Shown: one piece after another, positions 8,023 to 17,773 of the stretch | How positions within the stretch are numbered: the first letter of the stretch is position 1 | How the letters are laid out: every line of letters begins with the position of its first letter | DNA from: Patescibacteria group bacterium | Lineage (GTDB): Bacteria; Patescibacteriota; Patescibacteriia; Patescibacteriales; JAQTRU01 | NCBI GenBank assembly: GCA_041648955.1 | Contig: JBAZOD010000001.1 | Location: 1-41,756, forward strand | Length of the DNA: 41,756 bases | Direction: 5' to 3' | The notes under the pieces: model-generated | What the model was told of the DNA's origin: nothing | Seen by the model: the letters and a program-made list of their open reading frames with translations, nothing else | The model's database searches: none | Position numbers and translations under genes: made by a program

Positions 8023-9759
8023 ATGTTATCCAGAAAACAGATAAAAAACATACTGGCTAAAGCGGAAATTTTGTCAGAAGCAGATTTTGATAAATTCGCC
8101 GAGGAAGCAGAAAATAGCGGGAAAAAAATAGAAAATTACTTAATAGAAAAAAAAGTCGTCACCCCCCTTTCTTTATACGAAACTGCTGCCCAATATTTTA
8201 AAGTTCCTTTTGTTAATTTGAAAGGGCAGACTATCCGCAAGGATATTCTTTTGAATATTCCTGAACCGATTGCTACCACTCATAATTTAATTGCTTTTGA
8301 TGGCGATGATAAAGAAATTAAAATAGCCACTCTGAATCCGGATGACATGGAAATTTTTGAGTTCATAAAAAAGAAAACCAACCTTAACCCCAAAATATAC
8401 CTAACTACTCCGGACAGCATCAAAGACAATCTTAAACAATATCACAAAAGCCTGAAGGCCGAATTTGATTATTTAACCAAAGGCGGACAAAAAGGAGAGG
8501 CTAACAAAGAAGGAGAAAAAGATTTAAAAAAATTAGCTGAAGACCTGCCGGTAGTGAGAATTGTTGATACCCTGCTTGAATACGCTATTTTTCAAGAAGC
8601 CAGCGATATCCATATTGAACCAGAGGAAAAAGATATAATCGTCCGCTATCGAATTGACGGCATTCTTCATAATGTCATGATTCTCCCCAAAAATACCCAA
8701 ACAGGAATCATCGCCAGGATAAAAATTTTATCCAATCTGAAAGTTGATGAGCACCGCCTTCCTCAAGACGGACGCTTCAAAATTTCCGGAGAAGAATATA
8801 AGGTTTCTTTCCGTGTTTCTATTATTCCGACTTTTGACGGAGAAAAAATCGTCATGCGCCTTTTGAATGAAAAGGCTCAAATTTTAAATTTAGAGCAACT
8901 GGGCTTTCAGCCTCGAAGTTTTGAAATAGTAAAGAAAAATATAAAAAAACCGCACGGTATGATCTTGGTCACCGGACCGACTGGTTCGGGAAAAACTACC
9001 ACCCTCTACACAATTCTTAATATTCTAAATACTCCAGAAGTAAACATCTCTACCGTGGAAGACCCGATTGAATACCGGATGCCTAGGGTGAATCAATCGC
9101 AAATAAACCCGAAAATCGGCTTCACTTTCGCTTCCGGGCTGCGCGCTTTATTGCGACAAGATCCTGACATTATAATGGTAGGAGAAATTCGCGATGAGGA
9201 AACGGCGGAAATCGCCGTTCATTCTGCCATGACCGGGCATTTAGTCCTTTCTACTCTCCATACTAATGACGCCGTTACCACTCTACCCCGCTTGAGCGAT
9301 ATGAGCATTCCTTCTTTTTTAATTGCAACCACCACTAACTTGATTATCGCTCAGCGCTTAGTAAGAAAAATTTGCCCCAACTGCATTCAAAGTTATAATT
9401 TAGATAAACAGGCCGTTGAAGAATTAAACAAACATCTAAAAGTTGAAAATATATTAGAAACCTTAGCGGAAGAAAAAGTGATTGTTAATTCAAAACAAGG
9501 CCTTGAATCTATTCTTTTTTATCGGGGCAAGGGCTGTAAAAAATGCAACAACAGCGGCTACAAGGGGCGAATCGGTATTTATGAAACTTTAGAGATAACA
9601 GAAGAAGTAGCGGACATCATCTTGAAAAAAGGCACAGCTAATGATATAAAAAAAGAAGCGGAAAAACAAAAAATGCTCACAATCATAGAAGATGGGTTTA
9701 TTAAAGCTAAAAACGGCATAACTACGATTGAGGAAATAATGAGAGTAACGAAAGAATAA
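8023..9759 (+). CDS. pilB: type IV pilus assembly ATPase (PilB/GspE family)
   Basis: 578 aa. It has an N-terminal T2SSE_N-like region, Walker A GPTGSGKTTT, Walker B/Asp box DPDIIMVGEIRD, His box TGHLVLSTLHTND and the tetracysteine CPNC...CKKC. An extended -10 (TGtTATAAT) lies at 7982-7990. Confidence 0.92.
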   Translation: MLSRKQIKNILAKAEILSEADFDKFAEEAENSGKKIENYLIEKKVVTPLSLYETAAQYFKVPFVNLKGQTIRKDILLNIPEPIATTHNLIAFDGDDKEIKIATLNPDDMEIFEFIKKKTNLNPKIYLTTPDSIKDNLKQYHKSLKAEFDYLTKGGQKGEANKEGEKDLKKLAEDLPVVRIVDTLLEYAIFQEASDIHIEPEEKDIIVRYRIDGILHNVMILPKNTQTGIIARIKILSNLKVDEHRLPQDGRFKISGEEYKVSFRVSIIPTFDGEKIVMRLLNEKAQILNLEQLGFQPRSFEIVKKNIKKPHGMILVTGPTGSGKTTTLYTILNILNTPEVNISTVEDPIEYRMPRVNQSQINPKIGFTFASGLRALLRQDPDIIMVGEIRDEETAEIAVHSAMTGHLVLSTLHTNDAVTTLPRLSDMSIPSFLIATTTNLIIAQRLVRKICPNCIQSYNLDKQAVEELNKHLKVENILETLAEEKVIVNSKQGLESILFYRGKGCKKCNNSGYKGRIGIYETLEITEEVADIILKKGTANDIKKEAEKQKMLTIIEDGFIKAKNGITTIEEIMRVTKE

Positions 9760-9776
9760 TTTCCAAAAAATTACTT

Positions 9777-10439
9777 ATGAAAATATTTTGTATAATTCCC
9801 GCCTACAACGAGGAAAAAACTATTGCCGAAGTCATAGAGAAAGTTAAAAAAAATGTTAACGAAGTTATAGTTGTAAACGACGGCTCAAAGGATGAAACCA
9901 AAAAATTAGCAAAAGAAAAAGGCGCTGTAGTTTTATCCCACATCATAAATCGCGGACAGGGGGCAGCGCTGGAAACCGGCAACCAATACGCCCTCAACAA
10001 AGGAGCGGAAATAATTGTTCATTTTGACGCGGACGGGCAATTCCTCGCCGAAGAAATAAAAGATATAGTTTCACCAATTGTAAGAGGAGAAGCAGACATT
10101 GTTTTCGGCTCCAGGTTTCTGGGAAAAAAATCAAATCTCCCCCAATTCAAAAAACATATTATCATTCCCCTAGCTCATTTGGTAAATAAGATATTCATCG
10201 GCGCTACTTTAACTGATCCTCAAAATGGCTTTCGGGCAATGTCTTCTGAAACAGCAAAAAAAATAACAATAGAACAGGACGGCATGGCTCACAATACAGA
10301 AATAATTTCTAAATCTTTTGAAAATAATCTGAAGATAAAAGAAATACCAGTGACCGTAATTTATCACAATTTCGGCCAGCGCTTTAGCGGCGGTTTAAAA
10401 ATCATAAAAGACCTAATCCTATCCAGATTAATAAATTAA
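9777..10439 (+). CDS. GT2 family glycosyltransferase (polyprenyl-phosphate sugar transferase-like)
   Basis: 220 aa with IIPAYNEE, DGSKDET and the DxD motif FDADGQ. It is paired with a DUF2304 gene, as is common for this family. Confidence 0.85.
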   Translation: MKIFCIIPAYNEEKTIAEVIEKVKKNVNEVIVVNDGSKDETKKLAKEKGAVVLSHIINRGQGAALETGNQYALNKGAEIIVHFDADGQFLAEEIKDIVSPIVRGEADIVFGSRFLGKKSNLPQFKKHIIIPLAHLVNKIFIGATLTDPQNGFRAMSSETAKKITIEQDGMAHNTEIISKSFENNLKIKEIPVTVIYHNFGQRFSGGLKIIKDLILSRLIN

Positions 10440-10449
10440 AACTAAAAAA

Positions 10450-10779
10450 ATGCTTCAGCAAATACTTGCTTTAATAATAATCGCTTTTTTTCTCTCCCGG
10501 CTTTTTTGGCAAAAACAGAAAAAACAAATTGGGGCGAATGAATTTGTCTTTTGGCTTATTTTTTGGATTTTGGCCGCCGGAGCGATTATTGCTCTGAAGT
10601 GGGTAGACAGACTTGTTGCTGGCCTCGGTTTTTCTGGCTCTGGCATTGATATTTTAATTTATATTGCGGTTGTAGTTTTGTTTTATTTCATATTCAGATT
10701 GAGATTGAAGTTAGAAAAAATAGAAAAAGACATAACAAAAATAGTTAGAGAAATATCTCTGAATGATGAAAATAAATAA
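10450..10779 (+). CDS. DUF2304-like small membrane protein
   Basis: 109 aa with three hydrophobic segments and a charged C-terminal helix. The size, topology and position next to the GT2 gene fit DUF2304, judged from memory of the family. Confidence 0.65.
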   Translation: MLQQILALIIIAFFLSRLFWQKQKKQIGANEFVFWLIFWILAAGAIIALKWVDRLVAGLGFSGSGIDILIYIAVVVLFYFIFRLRLKLEKIEKDITKIVREISLNDENK

Positions 10780-10851
10780 TCATTTTTTCTGCAGAAAAGA
10801 GGATAAGGCGTGGTTATTGTAAATCACGCTTTTATTGTCTATACTAAAGAC

Positions 10852-11964
10852 ATGAAAATAGCCCAAATTATCTGTGTTTTTCCTCCCTACAAAAGCGGTC
10901 TAGGAAATGTTGCCCGCGATTTTTCTGAAATATTGGCAAAATCTGAAAATGAAGTGACTGTCTTCACTCCCAACCGCGGAAAAATTTTTTCGGGAAAACA
11001 TAATTTCAAAATCATTCTTCTAAAACCTTGGCTAAAAATGGGCTTCGGCGCTTTTTTGCCGCAATTATTTTTTAGGCTTTTTAGTTTTGATATCGTTTAT
11101 CTTCATTATCCTTTTTTTGGTACAGCCGAAATAGTTTGGCTGGCGAAAACAATATTTAACAAAAAATTTAAACTAATCATCCATTACCATATGGATGTAA
11201 AAAATTCCTCCCCTATTTTTAAAATTCTCAGCTGGCCGAACGAAATAATAAAAAATTCTCTTTTTAAAAAAGCGGAAATAATAACCTGCGCCAGTCTGGA
11301 TTACGTGAAAAATAGCGACATCGCTATCATCTACAAAAAATATCCGGAGAAGTTCATAGAAATTCCTTTTGGCGTAGACACGGAAAAATTTAAGCCGAAT
11401 AATCTGCAAAAAATCACGCAAAAAATTATAAAAATTTTATTCGTCGGCGGACTGGACAGGGCTCATTATTTTAAAGGCATAAATGTTTTATTAGCAGCAA
11501 TATCAAAATTAAAAATTCAAAATTATCAGCTGCAAATTATCGGCGATGGAGATTTGAAACCGGAATACGAAAAACAAGCGAAAGAACTTGGAGCTGCGGA
11601 TAAAATTATTTTTTCAGGCAAAGTATCGGATGAAGAACTTCCGGCAATTTATCAACAGGCTGATTTATTTATTTTGCCTTCCATAAATAAAAATGAGGCT
11701 TTTGGCTTAGTCTTACTGGAAGCTATGGCTTGCGGCGTTCCGGTTATTGCTTCTAATTTACCGGGCGTGAGAACGGTTTTTGAGAACGGTAAACAAGGAC
11801 TGCTATGTAAACCGAATGATGTCGATGATTTAAAAAATAAAATAGAAGAAATTTTATCAAATGAAGAAAAAAGAAAAAAAATGGGAAAAGAAGCCAGAGT
11901 TTTAATATTAGAGAAATACAGCCAAGAGGAGGTTGGTAAAAAATTAAACGAAATTATAAAATAA
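10852..11964 (+). CDS. GT4 family glycosyltransferase
   Basis: ATG 10852 (MKIAQIICVFPPYKSGLGNV) is preferred over the GTG at 10810. The EX7E region is EAFGLVLLEAMACGVPVIAS. A TAATG overlap joins it to the next gene. Confidence 0.85.
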   Translation: MKIAQIICVFPPYKSGLGNVARDFSEILAKSENEVTVFTPNRGKIFSGKHNFKIILLKPWLKMGFGAFLPQLFFRLFSFDIVYLHYPFFGTAEIVWLAKTIFNKKFKLIIHYHMDVKNSSPIFKILSWPNEIIKNSLFKKAEIITCASLDYVKNSDIAIIYKKYPEKFIEIPFGVDTEKFKPNNLQKITQKIIKILFVGGLDRAHYFKGINVLLAAISKLKIQNYQLQIIGDGDLKPEYEKQAKELGAADKIIFSGKVSDEELPAIYQQADLFILPSINKNEAFGLVLLEAMACGVPVIASNLPGVRTVFENGKQGLLCKPNDVDDLKNKIEEILSNEEKRKKMGKEARVLILEKYSQEEVGKKLNEIIK

Positions 11965-13139
11965 TGAAAATCTGTCTAATAAACAACTTATATAAACCCT
12001 ATGCCAGAGGCGGGGCGGAACGGATAGTCGAACTACAAGCCGAAGGCCTGGCTCAAGCTGGCCACGAAGTTTTTATAATAACAACAAAACCGCTATTCAG
12101 CAATCGTAAATCGGCAATCGTAAATCGGCAATCGTACTACCTCCCCGGTCTCTATTACAACCTTAACAAAATTCCCAAAATTCTTCGCCTGGCCTGGCAT
12201 TTAATTGATATGTTTGATATTGGAAATTGTTTAAAGATAAAATCAATTTTAAAAAAAGAAAAACCGGATATAGTTATTACTCATAATCTAAAAGGTATCG
12301 GTTATTTAACCCCAAAAATTATAAAATCCCAAAAAATAAAACATGTCCACATTTTACACGACATTCAGCTTTTACATCCTTCCGGCCTGATAATCTGCGG
12401 AAAAGAAAATCGGCTAAAAAATTTTTCTGCCAAAATATACATAAATCTTTGCCGTTGGCTTTTCAACTCTCCCGATACGATAATTTCTCCGTCTGAATGG
12501 CTTTTTGATATTCATCAAAAAGAAAAATTTTTTAAAAAATCAAAAAAAATTATTTTATCAAACCCGGCTGTGATATTATCAAGGGCGGAAAAAATAGCCA
12601 GAGAAAAAAACAAGCCTTTTCGCTTTCTTTACGTCGGGCAAGCAGAAAAGCACAAAGGCATATTATTTTTAATAAAATCTTTTTCCATTCTCTGTCAAAA
12701 TTTCGGCCGCTGCGGTTTTGAGTTGGTTGTAATCGGAGCGGGTTCAAAGCTAGAAAAGGCCAAGAAGCTAGCTGGAACAAATAAATACATAAAGTTTCTC
12801 GGTCAAAAACAAAAAGAAGAAATTGAAGGTTTAATGGAGTCATCCGATTGTCTAATCGTTCCTTCTTTATGCTATGAAAATTCACCTACTGTAATTTACG
12901 AAGCTGCTACGATCGGATTGCCCGTGATAGCTGCCCGCTTGGGCGGAATTCCGGAACTAATTCATAAATTAGACGGAATTTTATTCAAGGCTGGAAACGA
13001 AGGCGATTTAATGCATCAAATGAAATGGGCTATGGACAATCCAAAAGTCTTAAAAAAAATCGGAAACAGAAGCCAAGAGAAAATAAAGAATTTTTCATTG
13101 GAAAATTATACAAAAAAATTGCTGCTTATTTTGAAATAA
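11964..13139 (+). CDS. GT4 family glycosyltransferase
   Basis: 391 aa with N-terminal GGAERIV and C-terminal ENSPTVIYEAATIGLPVIAA. Confidence 0.85.
   Translation: MKICLINNLYKPYARGGAERIVELQAEGLAQAGHEVFIITTKPLFSNRKSAIVNRQSYYLPGLYYNLNKIPKILRLAWHLIDMFDIGNCLKIKSILKKEKPDIVITHNLKGIGYLTPKIIKSQKIKHVHILHDIQLLHPSGLIICGKENRLKNFSAKIYINLCRWLFNSPDTIISPSEWLFDIHQKEKFFKKSKKIILSNPAVILSRAEKIAREKNKPFRFLYVGQAEKHKGILFLIKSFSILCQNFGRCGFELVVIGAGSKLEKAKKLAGTNKYIKFLGQKQKEEIEGLMESSDCLIVPSLCYENSPTVIYEAATIGLPVIAARLGGIPELIHKLDGILFKAGNEGDLMHQMKWAMDNPKVLKKIGNRSQEKIKNFSLENYTKKLLLILK
12101..12136 (+). repeat. 14-nt tandem repeat (2.6 copies) inside the GT4 CDS
   Basis: CAATCGTAAATCGG occurs at 12101-12114 and 12115-12128, then CAATCGTA at 12129-12136. 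The two copies are translated in different frames, giving SNRKSAIVNRQS. Confidence 0.9.
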
Positions 13140-13164
13140 TCAAGCGAATCACGAAAGAATAAAA

Positions 13165-13194
13165 AGGCGGGCTATTATCATAGCCCGCCTTTTG
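13165..13194. terminator. bidirectional intrinsic terminator
   Basis: AGGCGGGCTA ttatca TAGCCCGCCT is a perfect 10-bp stem flanked by an A-run and a T-run. It sits between convergent genes ending at 13139 (+) and 13205 (-). Confidence 0.8.
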
Positions 13195-13204
13195 AAAAAT
13201 TTTT

Positions 13205-13471
13205 TTAAAATTTTATTGGAGTTTCTATCGTTCTCGGCTGTATTTTTATTTCAATTTTCTTAACGATCTCATCAAATTTATTCATATCTATATCTTCTAC
13301 GGCAACTTCCCGGCGCAAAACTAAAATTTCCTGAGATCTGGTTATAGTTTGATAAAAATTTTTGTAAAGGAATAACGAAGCACAAATAAAAACAATCGCA
13401 CCGATTATTATTATCGAGGAATAAAAATAAAGGAGAAGTCTGCCACTTGTGGCTTTTAAAAAATTAAACAT
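13205..13471 (-). CDS. hypothetical single-pass membrane protein, last gene of the pil operon
   Basis: 88 aa with one TM (LLLYFYSSIIIIGAIVFICASLFLY), 4 nt after the preceding gene. Confidence 0.55.
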   Translation of the reverse strand: MFNFLKATSGRLLLYFYSSIIIIGAIVFICASLFLYKNFYQTITRSQEILVLRREVAVEDIDMNKFDEIVKKIEIKIQPRTIETPIKF

Positions 13472-13475
13472 AAAT

Positions 13476-14066
13476 TTAGTTTCCCTCGCTATCGCGCCAA
13501 TAGGTATCGGCGGTAATAAACAGGCCTACATTTCCGAAAGACTTTTCTTCTCCCGGCGCCGGCGCCTTGGAACTGGAAGAAAAATCCAAGGATTTAATAT
13601 TTATATAATAATTAAGAGTTTCTAGGCCGATTAAATAATTCAAAAGCTGATTGAAATTTCCCTGAGGAAAAAGTTGTAATGGCACTAGCTGAGAATAGCC
13701 GTTATCGGAAGCTACCGCCGGCAAAAGATTTATTTTTTGACTGACATTGTTTTTATTGGCAACGCCCTCCAGGGTTGTGACAAATTCCAAGCCGTCCTCT
13801 TTATTAATAAAAACCTGATCTAAGATTTGAATCTTTTCTTCGGCTTTTTTTAATTTTTCTGACAGATTTCTCAGGCTTTGCCCTTTTATATATCTTCTTT
13901 CCAAATCTACTCTTTGAGTCTCTATCTCATCTCTTATGTTTTTTATATCGCGAATGGAGGGGAAAATAATAAAATAGATTACAATAAAAATAAAAATCAG
14001 AAAGCTGATAGCGCTTAAAATTATTTTTTTTCTTAAATCTAATTTTGCAATTCCTTTTAATTCCAT
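13476..14066 (-). CDS. pilO: PilO-like pilus assembly protein
   Basis: 196 aa with an N-terminal TM followed by a coiled coil. The assignment rests on its position after pilM-pilN. Confidence 0.6.
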   Translation of the reverse strand: MELKGIAKLDLRKKIILSAISFLIFIFIVIYFIIFPSIRDIKNIRDEIETQRVDLERRYIKGQSLRNLSEKLKKAEEKIQILDQVFINKEDGLEFVTTLEGVANKNNVSQKINLLPAVASDNGYSQLVPLQLFPQGNFNQLLNYLIGLETLNYYINIKSLDFSSSSKAPAPGEEKSFGNVGLFITADTYWRDSEGN

Positions 14067-14071
14067 AGAAT

Positions 14072-14617
14072 TTACTGACTTTCTTTTATATTATCTAAAT
14101 TCAAATCAGCTTCAATTTCGAAATTAATATCTTCTTTCTCTAAAATATTTTTTACGGGGAAAATTATTCCGGAAAAAATATTAGATTTTTCCAATCCCGA
14201 TTTAAGGGCCAAAAGGCTGTCGCGATTTTTCGCCATCCCTTTTAATTCTATAGTCTTTTCGTCCCGATCTATTCTTATTGAATAAAAACTTAAATCGCCG
14301 TTAACATATTTGTTTAGATCTTTAAATAAAAACGACCAGGGGATAAAATCATCCTGAACTTTTTCCACGAAAGAAATATGGTTATTTATTTCTCTGATTT
14401 GAGAGTTTCTGCCCTGGCTGTCCCTGGTGATCAAGGTTGTTTCCTCAACTATCTTATTGAAATTATTCTGCAGGATAATTTTTGCCACCAACATTATAAT
14501 AGCAATAAAAATAGTAATTATAATTAAAATATAATCGGCTTGCTTTAGCATTTTATAAATATGTCTGAGTTTTGTTTCTTGTTTTAATTCCCTGGAAACA
14601 AGATTTAGATTTAGCAT
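14072..14617 (-). CDS. pilN: PilN-like pilus assembly protein
   Basis: 181 aa. The N-terminal LNLVSRELKQ resembles the PilN INLLP motif, followed by a single TM. It lies immediately downstream of pilM. Confidence 0.7.
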   Translation of the reverse strand: MLNLNLVSRELKQETKLRHIYKMLKQADYILIIITIFIAIIMLVAKIILQNNFNKIVEETTLITRDSQGRNSQIREINNHISFVEKVQDDFIPWSFLFKDLNKYVNGDLSFYSIRIDRDEKTIELKGMAKNRDSLLALKSGLEKSNIFSGIIFPVKNILEKEDINFEIEADLNLDNIKESQ

Positions 14618-14629
14618 CTCTTTATTTGT

Positions 14630-15784
14630 TTATATTTTATCAATAAATATCCCCCGCAAAGCTAAGCCAATGGCGGTGGCAAAAGTCAAGCTGGAGTCTT
14701 GGCTGACGGAGATATTATTTTTACCGTCAATTTTTTTATTTTTAGAAAAATCTGAATCTAAGCTGTAAGTTTCTGAAAGAAGGTGCAAAAATTTCTCTTT
14801 CGCTTCGCCTAAATTAACAAGCGCATCCCCTCTCACCGTTTCGATTGATGTCGCTTTGCTGATAATTTTATCTATCCCCTTTATATTGGCGCCGCCGCCG
14901 CAAATTGTAATCTTGCTGATATTTCCATATTGGGAAAAATGATTATTATGAAATTCTAAAACTTCTCTGATCTTGTCATTAAGATCGTTAATAGTCCCGG
15001 CCAGGACCTTACTTATTATTCCTCCGGCTTCATCTTCTTTTAAACCACAAATTATTTTTGCCTTCTCCGCTTGTTCTTTTTTAATTTCTAAACTGCTGGC
15101 GATGTCTTCTGTTATCTTTTCCCCAGAAATCGGTATACTCACAGTGAAAAGCACAGTATTTTTAGCATAAACCACCAAACTAGTGCGAGTAGCGCCGATA
15201 TCTATAATCGCGTGATTTTTGTCAAAATTCTCCTTAAAATTTGGGGATTCTTCTCGCAAAAGACTTCGGCATAAGGCTATTGGCTCAATTTCCAAAGCTT
15301 CAACGGAAAGTCTCGCTTTGTCTAAGAGTTCAGTATATTGATTCACTATTTTTTTAGGAGCGGCGCCGATCAAAACTAATTGTATATCTTCTTTTTCTTC
15401 TATCACTTGCCAATCATAATACATTTCTTCTGCCAACATCGGAACATGCTTTTCTATCTCCGTCTCAATAATATCAGCTAAATTATTGGGAGTTTTTTCT
15501 ATTTCAATTAATTTAATAAAAGTTTTTGTTTCTGGCAGGCAGGCCACCACTGTATCAGAGCTTACTCGGCCATATTTTGGCTTGTTTATTAATTTTTTCA
15601 CAATATCAATAACCTGCCCTTGGTCTTTTATTTCTCCCTCCACTATTAACCCTTCTGGCACGTTAATCCTTCCCAGCGCTTGGATTTTTATTTTCCCGCC
15701 GATTTTATCAAGTTGAACCAATTTCAAAGATAAATCTGAGATATCTAAACCTATGGGATAAATTGAGTTTTTAGAAAATAACAT
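14630..15784 (-). CDS. pilM: type IV pilus assembly protein PilM (actin-like ATPase fold)
   Basis: 384 aa. It has N-terminal IGLDISDLSLKLVQL, IIDIGATRTSLVV and ICGGGANIKG, which are actin/FtsA-like phosphate loops. Confidence 0.85.
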   Translation of the reverse strand: MLFSKNSIYPIGLDISDLSLKLVQLDKIGGKIKIQALGRINVPEGLIVEGEIKDQGQVIDIVKKLINKPKYGRVSSDTVVACLPETKTFIKLIEIEKTPNNLADIIETEIEKHVPMLAEEMYYDWQVIEEKEDIQLVLIGAAPKKIVNQYTELLDKARLSVEALEIEPIALCRSLLREESPNFKENFDKNHAIIDIGATRTSLVVYAKNTVLFTVSIPISGEKITEDIASSLEIKKEQAEKAKIICGLKEDEAGGIISKVLAGTINDLNDKIREVLEFHNNHFSQYGNISKITICGGGANIKGIDKIISKATSIETVRGDALVNLGEAKEKFLHLLSETYSLDSDFSKNKKIDGKNNISVSQDSSLTFATAIGLALRGIFIDKI

Positions 15785-15907
15785 TAGTTAGAAATTAATA
15801 ATTATTACCGCCATAAGAGTCTCGGCTACAATAAATATAATAAATCGGCGGGATAAATTTCTTCTATATTATACCATAATTAAGAAAATTATTCATTTTT
15901 GGTTCTT

Positions 15908-17137
15908 TTAATATTCTTCTTCCCAATGTTCAACAGTAATAACCGGAGAAAAATCAGTAGCGCCCAAAACCTCCACTAAATAATCATTATTATGAGTTAT
16001 GTTTATTGGCTGCCAAACGCTGGTGATTGTTAATTTTCTGCTTATCAAGCCGCCAACAACATCAAAATTAAAACCAAGAGGAAAACTTAAAATATCCAAT
16101 TGATCATTAGCATATACCAAACCGCTTATATCTATATTGCCAGTCCAAAGCTTGAAATAAATCTTTCTTTTTGCCAAAATTCCAGATGGTTCTCCTTCAG
16201 TGTGATTAACCGTGATAGAATTATTTCCACAGCGCCAACTCCAGCAATAACCAGATCCGACAATAAAATCGCGCCCTACAACCAATAAACCATTAACCGT
16301 TAAACTTTGCCCGCCTCGCAGTTCCACATCGCCGTCAACATAAGTAATAGGATTATTAAGAATCAGATCCTGATTATCCTCCATTAAATCCTCAAATTCA
16401 GCCGAAGTATAAATCACGTCGGCTATATTTTTATAAGAAGCGGGAGATACCGAATCAAAATCAATAGCCGGCATGGAAATAGGATCTGGCTCAGGGGGAT
16501 AATTATGGGCATAAATACTACCGGCAATATGATCGGTCGAAGTCCATGATTTATTATAATTTCCAGCTGCTTTTAGATCCGAATCAACAGTAATATCACT
16601 CCCTAAATTAAGATTAAAAATATTGTTAGAATAAGCGCTGCCATTGCGAAAATTAACTATGCCAGCGGTAATATCAATATTGCCATCAGCATAAACAGTG
16701 CTATCTTCAACACCGCTTTGCCCCAGGGCTTTATAAACAACGGTTTTAATAACTCTTTGGCTGATGCTATCGCCGACGCCGATTGTTCCGACAGAAGATA
16801 TTTCTCCGTGGGCTCTGCTGGTATTAGTAATAGAAACTGTATAAGAGCCGCTATCAGCGCCAAAGGGATTGTTGCGAGTGAAGCTGGTTGCCCAGCTGGA
16901 ATTGCTTTCAAAATTATTTTTATAATCTTCGTTATTTTTAAGACGCCAAACCATTTCCGCAATACCAGCCTCGGCTAAATAATAGGTTTTCTCTCCCGAA
17001 GATTGGCTATGAGAAATTTTCTTTTCCGTCAAAGAAAAACTTAAAAAATACAAAGATAAAAATAAAATCAGAGACATCAACAAAATTGTCATGATGATAG
17101 CGACCCCCTTATTATTTTTTATCTCAAGAATTTTCAT
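15908..17137 (-). CDS. PilX-like large minor pilin / pilus-tip candidate
   Basis: 409 aa. The N-terminal hydrophobic segment KGVAIIMTILLMSLILFLSLYF is PilX_N-like and lacks a canonical G/FxxxE. The rest is Asn/Gly/Ser-rich and probably beta-rich. It follows three prepilin-type genes. Confidence 0.55.
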   Translation of the reverse strand: MKILEIKNNKGVAIIMTILLMSLILFLSLYFLSFSLTEKKISHSQSSGEKTYYLAEAGIAEMVWRLKNNEDYKNNFESNSSWATSFTRNNPFGADSGSYTVSITNTSRAHGEISSVGTIGVGDSISQRVIKTVVYKALGQSGVEDSTVYADGNIDITAGIVNFRNGSAYSNNIFNLNLGSDITVDSDLKAAGNYNKSWTSTDHIAGSIYAHNYPPEPDPISMPAIDFDSVSPASYKNIADVIYTSAEFEDLMEDNQDLILNNPITYVDGDVELRGGQSLTVNGLLVVGRDFIVGSGYCWSWRCGNNSITVNHTEGEPSGILAKRKIYFKLWTGNIDISGLVYANDQLDILSFPLGFNFDVVGGLISRKLTITSVWQPINITHNNDYLVEVLGATDFSPVITVEHWEEEY

Positions 17138-17142
17138 ATTTT

Positions 17143-17727
17143 TTAATTTCTCACAAAAACGCTGGTGTCGACGCTAAATGTATCCTGATTTTTTTCTAAC
17201 CCAAGAGAAATATAAACTAAATTGTTGCTTGACCAAAATTCTAATTTGTTAAAATATTCCCCCACTATTCTATCTTCCGTAATTAATTCTTCGGGAGGAT
17301 TCCCATATTGATCAACGCTGTTATGAGTGACATAAACATCCGGCTCAGATGGAAAATAATAAACGATGAAAGATCGCCTAAGATCGGTTCCGTCCAAATA
17401 ATAACGCAAATAAGAAGTTTGGCTTATATTATGTCCATCTTGAAAAAAAATTTCGTCCGCCGGCGGATTCTGAGGGTCATCTCCTGTTTCCGGCAATACC
17501 GTGACAATATTAACCGACTGGCGCAATTCTCTCCCTATTCTATCAAGAGAAACGCGAGAATTTTGAATAAGCTCTCCCTTATTCGCTCCTTTGTTATAGG
17601 ATCTTTGCGAGACTGAATACATTGAGTTCACTAAAATAAGAGCAAAAGCAAAAAGAGAAATGCTCACAAGTATTTCCAATAAAGTAAATCCTCTCTGAAA
17701 TTTATCTATCTTTTTTTTGTTCATCAA
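17143..17727 (-). CDS. prepilin-type N-terminal cleavage/methylation domain protein (minor pilin)
   Basis: The class III signal is QRG/FTLLEILVSISLFAFALILV. 194 aa. Confidence 0.82.
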   Translation of the reverse strand: MMNKKKIDKFQRGFTLLEILVSISLFAFALILVNSMYSVSQRSYNKGANKGELIQNSRVSLDRIGRELRQSVNIVTVLPETGDDPQNPPADEIFFQDGHNISQTSYLRYYLDGTDLRRSFIVYYFPSEPDVYVTHNSVDQYGNPPEELITEDRIVGEYFNKLEFWSSNNLVYISLGLEKNQDTFSVDTSVFVRN

Positions 17728-17773
17728 TACTTATAGATTAATTTTAGCTGCTAATTAATGATTTTCTTAAAAA

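Noticed and set aside
10810-10851. Upstream extended starts offered by the ORF track: GTG 10810, GTG 883, TTG 27607, TTG 30054, ATG 18758, ATG 23048 and GTG 41729.
   Set aside because: In each case a downstream ATG gives a better N-terminus or SD spacing, or removes an overlap with the preceding gene. For 41729, the frame is open to the window edge, so the true start lies outside the window.
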